From: Phoronis australis
Taxonomy: Eukaryota; Animalia; Phoronida
Assembly: GCA_002633005.1 (NCBI GenBank)
Contig: NMRA01000036.1
Span: 1-64,000, forward strand
Direction of reading: 5' to 3'
DNA length: 64,000 nucleotides
Shown here: positions 24,701 to 36,700 of the stretch, in pieces
Layout of the letters: each line of letters opens with the position of its first letter
How positions within the stretch are numbered: the first letter of the stretch is position 1
Position numbers and translations under genes: made by a program
The notes under the pieces: generated by a model
What the model was told of the DNA's origin: nothing
Databases searched by the model: none
The model's input: the letters and a program-made list of their open reading frames with translations, nothing else

Positions 24701-27700
24701 TGGAAAGATCAATTAATGTAGTGCGAGAGAGACTGCTGAATTAATCAATTTTATCTTCAACTATAATTATTATTTGATGAATTCAAATAGTAAGAACATT
24801 TACAGAAAAATTGTTCCTCCAAATCACGGCACCTTTTATTTCATTTGAGTGTGTAAATTGGTGACGTGTTGGAGGGTTATGGATATTTTCTAAAATGTTT
24901 AACTCTAAAGTCGGCAATAGTCGAATATAAGGTGCCCGTATTTTGAGAACCAGTTTATACCCGTTATTCAGTGGAGAAAACTGGTTCTCAAAATTCGGGG
25001 TACGATATATCAGACCATTACCCTAAAGTCAATGCCACAGTATAGGACAAAAGTAATCAGACAAAATACTGTTTTCTGGTCATTACTGCTAATTATGTTC
25101 ACAGCAAAAATGACAGGTAGTGACTATTATAGTGGCAAAATTTTAGTTGCAGAATGGCTTAGCCACCTTTCTAACTTTTTGTTATCTCCCCTTTATTCTT
25201 GATCTTGAGGGGAGACTATTCTGATGATTAGCTCGGCATTTGTCCTACGGTTATGGTGGGGATTTTCAGGTCATTTTGTCGGCAGAATAATTTTGGCTTG
25301 TACTGTATATTTTGATCAAACATGTAATTAATCAGTCAAAGAACCATGGAAACTGATCGGAAATGTCTTGCAATAACTATGGATATTTTGTTGCTATGGT
25401 AGTCACCGGATTGTCATTGTGTATTGTTTCTGTATTTGCTAAGTAAAGCTAACAACTTTGTTCTTTCAACAGGCAACAGCGTATGTTGATTAAGGCTCTT
25501 GGCAAATTGGAACATTCAGTATCACCAAGGTCAAGTCAGAATACACCAATGAAGGCCACAGACAGTGTATCAAAGTTCATCAAGGGGTCAGATGCAAGAA
25601 AAGTATGTATGTCTTTTAAATCTGGAGGATGTTTCCTCAGCCGTCTCTATTAGTACACAAAGAAATTTTTACAACTGCTGGTAATAATTCAGGTTGACTC
25701 TTTTGTGCTGGTTGAATTAAAATGAACTTTAAGGTGGGATTTGCCCAAATTACGCATCAAGGAAAGCGTAGAGGTTTTGTGTACATAACACACTAGATTA
25801 GAAGGCTTAGCCATTGAATACAAATCATTATTATCACTCAATTCCATTACCTTTTTCAAATTTTGAGGCTCCAGGTGTATACTTTTAAGTGTCCTGTTTG
25901 CTTGATCTTCTAGTTGAAACCTTGTGACCTGCGGCTGCAGCTAATCTCTACTTGGGGTGATGGCAAGCGAATTGGCTTGACGGAGATTCAATGCTTTGAC
26001 ACTAATAACAAGAAAATTCCCATCTCACATGAGGATATTACTGTTAGAGGTGCTAACAATCACAAGGGCCTGCTGGGGAATCTTCTTAATGGCCGTTATA
26101 AGGTAGGAGTTAGTTGCTGAGAAGTTGTTTCCCTTTTATCCATCTGCAGTGAGTGTATACCAAGATGATTTGTTATTGTGGAATGTATACTGAAGATTTC
26201 TGAACATTTAAAAAAGTTAATCCACTTATTGGTTGCAGATATCTAGCTGAATGCTCAAGTACAAGACAAAAGTGAAAATAGTAAATTACGAATACTTGTT
26301 GAGTTGGAGTAACTTGTATGAACTTTGTTCATATGAATGAACAATAAACCAAAAATGCTGATTAGGAGTTTGTGGCGTCTTGGTATTTACCAACAGTTTC
26401 AATGTAAATTAGCAGAACAGCATTTGGTTTGGTGAAACAGGTTTATTGTACTGATGTTGCAGACTACTAAAGAGAAGAACATGTGGTCATGTGACTACAA
26501 TTCCAAGACTCCCGTAGAGATTAATGTGCATCTGAAGCCACTGACATCGGAACTGGCAAAGATCAAAGTTTGGAATTACAACAAGAGCATCAATGTAAGT
26601 TATGACTGATTTGTACTTGTTGGTTAGTCTTTATCCTGCTGATCAGATGATTCAAAACAGCCCACTATACACTGAACCCACGTAGGTCACCTTTTGGCTT
26701 AAGGCAGGGCTGTATTGGAATGACTGTGCTTTCTGTTCAATAACATGTTGGTTGGTCTTAATGCATAATGTGAGGATTAAATACTCGTCATAGATAAAAA
26801 TTGTCAACAGATATAATGTAGAACTACAATATGAACTTGATCAATCTAGTTTTAATCCCTGTTTCTTTAAGGTAAATAACACAAATATGGACATTCGATT
26901 TAGGTGAAAACAGTGGATTCTTCTGGAACTGAAATTATGTATGATCACCGTGAGATTCCGTTTTATTTCAAGTCCAAAAGTCTTTGCCGAGCCGGGGCCT
27001 AGGGCACAATTTATTATGTTTAATTTCTTTATAGCTTTTAGCTTCAAATTGTATCCATGAACCAAACTCATCTTTCACAAAATCTTCCTTCTTGGGTTTT
27101 CCACTTTTCCCAAGACTGTGAACTAGGACTCGCAGACATATACTTCAAGTGATAAACAGGTGGAGGAAACAGAGCTCTTTCAAGTGCACATGCTCACATA
27201 ATGAAAAAACATGTGGGTACTTATAAATCAAGGAATAGAAGTTACCTTGATCTTGTAGGGAGTACACACACGAACACCAGGCAAGTGATTACCTTAGTCT
27301 GGTGAGTATACTGACCGATGGCAGGTTATGTGACCAAACAGTTGAGCAAGTGTACTCACCCACAGCAGGATAAGGGCTAACCATCATATGCACTTTGGTG
27401 GAGTGTAACTTTTTTAAACTTAATAGTCAGCTATTCAAGCAACTGTAGGAGGTCTCTCGTGGTTTTTCCTAATTAAGATGTTTTTTCTCGTAGGTAGCAT
27501 GAATTTTAATGATCTGGTACTAATATTTAGTGTCATTAAAAGAGATTATTTTCTTTTGCAGGATCTGAGTATTGGTGTAAAAGATGTCAAAGTTCATCTG
27601 GATAACACGTTGATATTTGAAGGTCATTTCGACAAAGGCTGCGGCAACCAAGTATTTGATTACGGACAGAAAATTGTTGTCGTGGAAACAGAATCTCCCC

Positions 27701-30700
27701 GGGCACACAATGAAACCCCAGCAACGGAGAGCTCGATGGACAGTTCCAGATACACAACGCCATTAGAGACACCTAGTGACACTCCCCGGTATGTGACGCC
27801 ACGGGAGGGCAATGAAGATATGTCCATGACGTTGACGAATGAGACTGGCGCAGCCGTGCTTGATGCTAGTGATGGAGATCGTGTTTTTATTAGAACAGAG
27901 ACGAGATTGCTGAATCATTCTACTGATAACTTGGATCTTCCCATAGTGGAGGCAGAGCCTGCAGACACAGAGCCAAAACAAGGTGGGTGGAGCTTCACTG
28001 TAACACATCAATCATACTGTTTTCTTTTGTGTGAACCTTTAAGTAATTCTCAATCAATCAACTTATTGGTATAGAATAGTTGTACACCGTCTTGCGAGTA
28101 TACTTTTTATAAAAACATTTCAGTTTTTCCTTGTCTTTTCCTTGGGTGGTAATTTCACACAATAGATTACTGGTCTCATTATTTAACCATTAGTCCTTCT
28201 AAATCCTTGACGTGATTTGGTGCTGTTTCTGTACCATTTATGATTGATATTTTTGAGCATGTGTGGATAAAAGATTGTAGTTAGCTCTCAAGACAATTCA
28301 TGACTGGTTTTTAAATATTTAACACAATATATGAATTCAAAAATTTTGCTGAACCCACATACAGCGATAGTTAGGTGTGATCAGTGTTGCCGAACTTCAA
28401 ACTAAAATACAGAAGCAATAGTTTGTTGTGAACGGCATTGTATGCACATTACATTTCTGTATTTGTCCACCAAATTTGTAATTTCCAGCAGGAAATACTG
28501 CCAGTTGCTCTAGAAATATCTCCACTCCCAAACCCAAGCGAATGGCAGCAAATCTCGATGGTCACCTCAAACAAACCCAAGACCGTAAAGATCCAACTCC
28601 ATCCTCTACTGAAGACATTCCTACTGTTACGCCAGGCAAAGTGACACCTAAAAGTTCATCTGATGATGTGGTGAATCAATATCCTGAACCCAAACCGGTG
28701 AAACAGGCTGTAGTCAGTAGACAGTCGGAGAAAAAGACAAAAAAAGTGGGGTCTATTGAGAAAGCTGTGACGACATCTGTGGGTTCTCCCAGAATTGGAA
28801 CAGAGGAGGACTCGAGTTTCGATGAAGCATCCATGCTTCAACAGATTCAAAGTATCACCAAGTAAGAATATTTCTGTTTGTAAGACTTCATGTCTCCTTT
28901 GCACCATTTCCAGATTTTTAAAACTCATTGCTTCTTGTTTTTTGATAACTGTTCTCTAATTTAGATTGCAATTTAGATTCTGCACTAGATGTGGAAATTG
29001 ACAACTTACACTGTTTTGTGTGACATTAAAGGATCGTAACTATTTTCCAACTTGTTTTCTCATCGGTGTGTTGTGGCAAAGTTTCATGACATATTGGGCC
29101 CATTCTCCTCTTACAAATATTTAAAAATCATGCAAAAATTCCTTCATTAGGCCCAAAAATTCCCCTCCAATGATTAAAAACATCCTCCTGAGGTTGGAAT
29201 CACTTTAATTTCACACAGATGCTCGGCATCAGAATGTTTTATTATTTGTGAAAATCCGCACTTCCAGTGCTAAAAGGTTCTTGGAGAACAGAATGTGGAT
29301 TGGTTTATTGCCAGTGCAGGGTTGATCACATTATGTTGTGTTAGGAAAGTCGTTCATAGGAATCAAGGGTTCACTACCTGTCACCCCTAATTCTTAAATT
29401 AGTCCAATTCCAAGGCATTACAGATGGCCTGCTGTAAGCAGTGTCGGGCAACATTTCGAATAAACACAAAACATTAGTGTTGGCAACTTGGGGTGGGTTG
29501 TGGGGGTGGAACTGATGGCGATGGGGGGGGGGGGCTTCCACTCATTGGAAGAACTTACCCTCCCAGAAGGCACATGTAGCCTGGAGTTCACCTGGTTTTC
29601 ATGCTTAAAGCTTAAAAAGTCATGATTTTATGAATTGAAAGTGTAACCATCCAAGGATCTTAAATGTTCTCTTTCTGACTTTCCTCTGGATCTCTCTAAG
29701 TTATAACTCATTTGATTCCCTTGCAGCGTGTTTACATGCACATTTGTCTTAATCTTCTTACTTTTTTAAAATGTATAAATATTTACATTCTGTTTCCATT
29801 AATGGTTTTTATAGATGTCTATCTGATCTCTTTTAACCATTTTTTCTACAGAGCGCCAAGTGTGAGTCGACCGCAGTGGCTGTCGGAAACTCCTCAAAAG
29901 TAAAGACTACTTACTTTTGTTTGCATCCATACCTTCGTGATGTGCAGTGTTGGCCTCTTTTTGTTGTATTACCAATTTGCAGGCTGTGTGCTTTTAACAT
30001 TTGCTTGAAAATTTGTTAATACACATTTTATGCTCCCTGATTGATTTATCAATACATGCATGACAAAACACCCAATGTAGCTTGTACTGAATGTGGAGTG
30101 TTTTAAATTTTGGTTGCACGAGTGTGACAGAAGGTTTTGATGTCATTTTACAACTTTGCGGGTAAAAATTTAGGGTTCCCAGGTGCTCATTTCAAGAACA
30201 GGTGCAGATCTAGATTCAAGTGTCGAGGCCGCCCTGCTTGGTCACCTTGACATTGCTGTAAGGAAGCAATCTCAAGCTCCTCCTATGTTTGTTCCTTCTT
30301 TGACCCTTTGAACAAAGTCCCGTATGTGAGCCTGAAATAAAGTTGGCTTGGCTTTTATAAGATGTAGAAGTCTCAAGTAGAAAGACCCACTATCTGAACT
30401 ACATTAACCATTGTGGTGTGTGCATACAGTATACGCCAAAAGTATTCAGCCAAAATGACTTGTAATTCCCGGTCATGGCTATATTTATAATCAGAATGGA
30501 TTTCCTTCATGACCGAGAATGAAGAGAATTGAGAGGAAAGGTAGAAAGGTAGCGAAGCCATTCTCCCATAATAGTTATTGTCACTCATTTTGGCTGTTAA
30601 CCAAATTAGTAGTCTTGAGGAGGAATTGGTATTTTGTCAGATTACTTTTGTCTTGTGCTGTAGAAGTCTTCATGACACAAGTTTCTAGCCTGCTTTCACT

Positions 30701-33700
30701 CTAGTAGTTCTGTTGACAGGGAAGCACCAAGCAAAAAGAAATCCAACAGGCCCAAGTGGCTGCAATCTGCAGACGTACCAGGTAGGTTGAAGTGTCTTCA
30801 ACATCTGGAGTTAGTTGCTGCCAGTAGGTACGTCAAGGTAAACACTGTTCAATTTAGCATATGGTATAACAGCAAGTGTACTTTTATTTTGTTATATATC
30901 TCGATAAGAATAATTATGAGAGCCCCATATAGAACCAACTTTGAAAACCATTATTTTAGTTCGTGTTTTGGGTTGGAAGCCGTTGTTTTTTATCGTTTTT
31001 ATTTTCAATTCAGTTAGGTGGCATTCCATATTGCACATCATGAAATTATGGACCAAATTTGTTCCACCGGGAAGATTTCCTGCTACCAATTTGATTTACT
31101 TCAGTTCGTGATTCTGATTTGACTTAAATTAGCCCTACTTGCCTCGATCTTTGAAAAGTTAACTCCACAGTTAGCATGATTTGAGGGATATGCAGCTATC
31201 ATTAAACGAAAGTAGAGAAAATTTTGAGCATTTTGACTTTAGTTTATAATCGTTCTCTCAAAACAAAACTTGCAATATCAGGATTTTTGTACCAAATAGT
31301 TTTATTCAAAGTACAGTAGTCCTTGTGTGGGAAACTTTTAAACACACATCCACAGCTATTATTAAAATTTTAGGGATTAGACAAATTTTTGTATCCCACA
31401 CAATAAGTTTCATAATCTTATTTTGTTCCAATTGGTTGCTCACATTTTACTACACGTTTGTTGCCAGATGAACCATTTGAAGCGCCACCTGAGAGTCGTG
31501 CTGGGAACCGAAATCAGCTGCAGAGCAGGGAAGAGGATATTGGAAGTTGGCCTCATTCTGGGTAGGCTTGAGGGGAGGCACTGGTCTCTGAAGTATTGTT
31601 ATGAATTTGAAATTGCGAAGCATTATATCTGGGTTTTAGTGTCAAAGTGGAGCTGCAAGAGGTGATCACGAGATTCCCACACCATGTTCACTTTTTATGT
31701 TTTTGTTTATTGATCCATTGCATGAAATCTGTGAGTAGACAAGTGAATAACAGAATATTTACAGAAGTAAGGACTTCTTGTTATCATTTAGCTTTGTCTG
31801 CACTAACAAAATAATTATGACTGACTATTCATCCATTTGATGTGATTTTGCCGAGTTTAGCCTATAACTTAATTGACTCTCATTTTTTGTAGGTGTATAG
31901 TTTATCTTTCATGATCAGTCGTCCCATTTTCCAATTCTATTTCATGTTTTATGAGTTAAATTCAAGTTTATTTGTTGTCTACAGAACTGACCATTTGAAA
32001 ACAGTCTTTGATGAAGAGCCACGGAAGACTACTCCCAGTGAAGTTGCAGACGATCAGGAAGAGGCACGGTGGAGGTCAAGGGTCACGAAACAGGAAGCCT
32101 TGGCACTAGACAGTGACGATGACTCTCCATTACATAGGATAACTGCCCAACGGTCTCATTGGAGACAGAAACTTGACCTAGAGAAGTCGTGGACATCACT
32201 GGACATGTTTAATCACTCACAGAAAGGACGATTGTCAGTGAACTTGGAGGGTAATATTCCCGGAGGGTGTCTTGTCTCGGGCTGAGTCTGGTGTTCCTCT
32301 GAAAATTTGATATATCTGCCCTGTTGTTCAGTTTCATTCATGACGTTATTGTCTGTGTAAAAGCATCACGTGTCAGATTATGTCCAAGACCTGAAACATT
32401 TATCAATTACTGCTTGTGATGCATATTGCCTGGCAATGTTCACATCTTCACAGCCACTGGTAAATTTACTGTTTTCAAAGGTAAAGCTTGCATAATTTGA
32501 GTCTTCATTGTTTAGAGGCATTTTGTCATGGTGAAATCTGACCTGCCTGAAATTCTGAGTGCATGAACTGCAACAATCATTAATACGAAATGTTGTTATA
32601 GGTGATGATCGAACTTAATCATATTAACTTATGATAGTAACTTACAGTTGTGTGGTATGTTACTGTGTGAACAAGTAAGACATGGATACAGACAATGTCA
32701 TTTAATTTAACCTTTATACACATTTTTGGATTCGGACTTAGAAATTCAATGCCCTGTCACTTTGAAGATGTTTTAAAATGTCAACTTTTCTCCGTTCCCT
32801 TGTGGCATTGTTAACTGTGTCAACCTTATGTATCTAGTTTCACTGATGATTCATCTGTGTTCACTTCCTTATTTGGCCCAAAGGTGACGCTCTAGATGAG
32901 TACTTACAGTCAGAGATCCAGCCTGAGCCGACCATTGATGAAGAGCCAGATGGAAGCGAGTACGTATATTTTGAAAGTTTGAATCTAGACTACTAGACAA
33001 AGGTAATCACACAAAATGCCATGTTCCTGACGGATGTTTCTGTAAACAGCAAAAATGACCGTTAATGACCATCAAGGTGGCAAAATTTTCTAATACAGAA
33101 CGGCCTGGCCACCTTTCTAACTTCCCTCATAATTCTCCTTCATTGTGGATAATGAGAGAAAACTACTCTGACAGCGAATGTTGTTTCCACTTAGCCGTTA
33201 GTGCCATGCCATCTGCTTAACTTCTCGAATGATCGCTCAGTGCTTTGTTGTAACAATCGGTTCCATGACATTTGCTAATTTTTACTAAGATCGCTCACTG
33301 CCTTGATGTTACAAACAGTTCCACACCTGCTAATCTCTAATAATCGCCTCCTGTCTTGTTACAAACAGCTTTATGCCGTTTGGTAAACATTTCAAATAAT
33401 TGCTCACTGCGTTGTTGTTCATTCCAGCGAAGAGTTTGTGATCCCTGAACTCCCCTATGGCAAAGAGCTGGTGATGAACATTCGCACAACCTGGGGCGAT
33501 CGGCACTACGTGGGTATGACAGGCATCGAGGTTTTCACCAAGTCTGGGAAGCCAGCTGTTGTAGAAAAGGTATGTCATGACAAAATTACAGTTGTTTAAA
33601 TAGTACTGATGCCAATGTGGTTAATGTGGATGACATTGTTATTTTTATTGGGAGTTACTTCAAACCACTTAAGAACATCATTTTTTCGGCTACAGGTCTA

Positions 33701-36700
33701 TTCTGTGTTTTTCTTCCATGTTCATTGAGCTTAGGAGACATGCAAGTCTTATGTATACTTTGTTTTTCAGTAGCAGTCTTTATTAAAACACATCCTGTTG
33801 AATATCAGGGCCTGCTGACCACCTCTGGGCATGACATTTTGGACCTATTGGTATCCTCCTGTACTTTATAGTCATCCCCTTGTAATATCCTAGAGCCGTC
33901 AGTGGTTTTGTTTCCAAACAAGGCAATTCTTATATTTTTCAGTTCATACTGTTTATTCTTGCTGGGAAGTGACTTAAGGAGAATCGTATGTTTAATTAAA
34001 AAAGTAACGTTCAGGTCATCTTTGATGTGCATCGTCGAATAAAATAGCCTTTTGACATTGACCACTAGCTAATTATATTTACACATTTCAGATCTCTGCT
34101 GATCCCGCTGACATCAACGTGTTGCCAGGTTACAGTAGTGACCCCAGGGTCGTCACTAATTTGGTCGATGGGGTAAATAGGACACGTGACGACATACACA
34201 TGTGGCTGGCACCATTCAAGAAGGGTGATGACCACTGGATACGCATCACATTTGAGAAACCATGCTACTTGGCACTTGTTAGAATATGGGTATGATGCTA
34301 AAATTTATGAGAAATTGACTATTGATCATTAGACGAATTAAATCTATGTAATAAATAAGTAGTGCCTGTGTCCATAACCTTTGTGTTTTGTCTTTAACAA
34401 AGGAGTGTTATGGAGAAAACTATTGACATTGATTTGTGGCTGGATGTGACAACTGTAGCGCCTCCTGTTGGCGATTTTTGTCTTTTTTCTGCTGTGTCTT
34501 CTTACTCCTTTAAAAAGATTTTTGTGAAATTTTGCAATAATTAGTTTTATATGACTATGGCTACCTACGATTTGTGGACGGTTGTAACTACTGCTGTATC
34601 CCTCAGTGGCAATTTTGGTTTTTACATTTGCCTTTTTATCTTCAGAGATCTGTGACAGTTTTTATTGAAATGTGGCAAACAAGTTTCCGGTATGATGCTG
34701 ATAACATCTATCCATTTTGGGATGTATTTGACATATACTGTGTCACCTAGTGTCACTAATAAACACCTAACAGCATACTGTTAGCATTGCTGTCGTGAGC
34801 ACATTCCAATGCTCTGCATTACTCTTGTTAGACTATAGTTTGATTTTGGCTGTTAGTAGACACACTGAGGGTCACTGTGTCATTGAAATTCTCCGTGTGT
34901 GATTTAGAACTATAACAAGTCGAGGATCCACTCATACCGAGGTGCCAAAGATGTAGTCATAACTCTGGATGGGCAGACGATATTCAAGGGTGAGATAGCC
35001 AGAGCCTGTGGTGGGGTACAGGGTGGCACTGAAGCATTTGGTGATGTAAGTACTGAGTTGATGGGAAATAAGTTGTGCTAGTTGTTTATGTCTATTAGCA
35101 AAAGAGACTGGTGGCATCGCGGTTCTTCCTCTGGGCCTGTGACCACATTTCTTCAAGATTCAACAAAAAATTGTCTTATCGCGTCGCATTGTGTAAACTT
35201 TCTGTGATTGGTGAGACTCAAAAACAGTTTGGTGGTTCTGAGCCCTGATCTTGACTTATTTTTTTGAGACAAATAGTTACAAGTTGGGGAAAAAGGATAC
35301 CGGTAACAGAATATTTATAATCGTTATTGTGGATGGACAAATTTCGAAAGTTGAAAAACTAATTAGCGGATGGAAATGTTAACCAAAGGTTTAATATGGT
35401 TTGCTTCTAGAAAATGTTAAGAATTTGGTGCCCTTGGAATCACTGTTGAATTATTCCATGATGAAGTGGTTTTGTGGGGGGTGGTCAGACTGAGCCTCTA
35501 AAGCAGTTTTAGCGACATTACTGTTCATTTTGTCCCACGTTTGTGTACCACTCTTCTTCACGTTGATTTAGTAGCCATTAAATTATGATGCATTCTGGGT
35601 ATTTGAGTTCTGTACGAGACTTGTACTATTCAAAATGCATGTTGTAGACCATTCTGTTCACAATGGACGAGAATATCCTGGAGTCGGTGTCGCGTTACGA
35701 TGAGGCTTATGACGGCGATGGGTTCAGTGGCGATGACTGGGAGGAAGATGTGCCATTTGAACGACCAGCGACGGCAGATGTCGGTGATGAGGTTTGTGTT
35801 TCCATCATCTAATACTGCAATGCTGAACCTTTTTAAAGTTGGTCAATTTTTAGCATAATTCAAACTGCATTAACAGCGTATTGGTAAGTTGGTTCTTATA
35901 ATTTCTCAATGCTATATTCTGTAGATTTCACGTCAAAGTAATTTTTGAAACATTTCAAGCATGTGAAGCTATTGTATGGCGTTTTCACAACACAGCGATT
36001 ATTTTTGAAAACTTTTACTGCATCATTTGTCATATTTAGTTGTACGTTATGATCCTGTCATGATCTGTTGACAATTTTTGGCAAAAAATTGTCCAAGAAA
36101 ATGAAAAATCACTTTTGACACGTTTTCATGTAAGAAATAATGTAGCAATTTCTAAATGGTGAGTACACCATACAATCGATTTCCTTTTAGTCACGACCAT
36201 TCACGTCTGCTGTTGGCAAGAGGAGTCAACCAAGTGGTGGAGCAGAGGAGATAACTCCAGCGCCTGCTGCCAATGTAGGCATGGAGGGAGATATTATGGT
36301 CTACAAGGGAAGGAGTATGTATTGATTAGTAATTAAATCAGTAACAGGTGTGTGCTCATGGTCTAATTTTGGTGTTGATGTTTTTGAAGTAGAAAAGAGC
36401 GAGACGGCGTGTGGCCCACTGTGACCCACATTATGGTGAAGCTTCCTAAATTTAGGACACAATTTGGCGGAACAGTGAAATCGCTCACTGTCAGTTTCTG
36501 TCAACAAATATAAGTGTGAAGACAAAGATCTGCAGCATTGGTTTCTGTAGTACTACTGTCATTAGTCAATACAATGTGAAACATTTTAGTTACACAGTGA
36601 GCGTTTGAAAAATGTAGAGATGTCAATTTTTGCAGTTATTTTGGTTTGAATTTGAAGAAACTGTGTACAGCAAAAGGGTCAGATAAAGCACAGATATGTC

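Noticed and set aside
30183-30257. Open 75-nt AG..GT segment (VLISRTGADLDSSVEAALLGHLDIA) in intron 18
   Set aside because: It is open only in phase 0, whereas this intron is phase 2, where it hits TAG; weak pyrimidine tract
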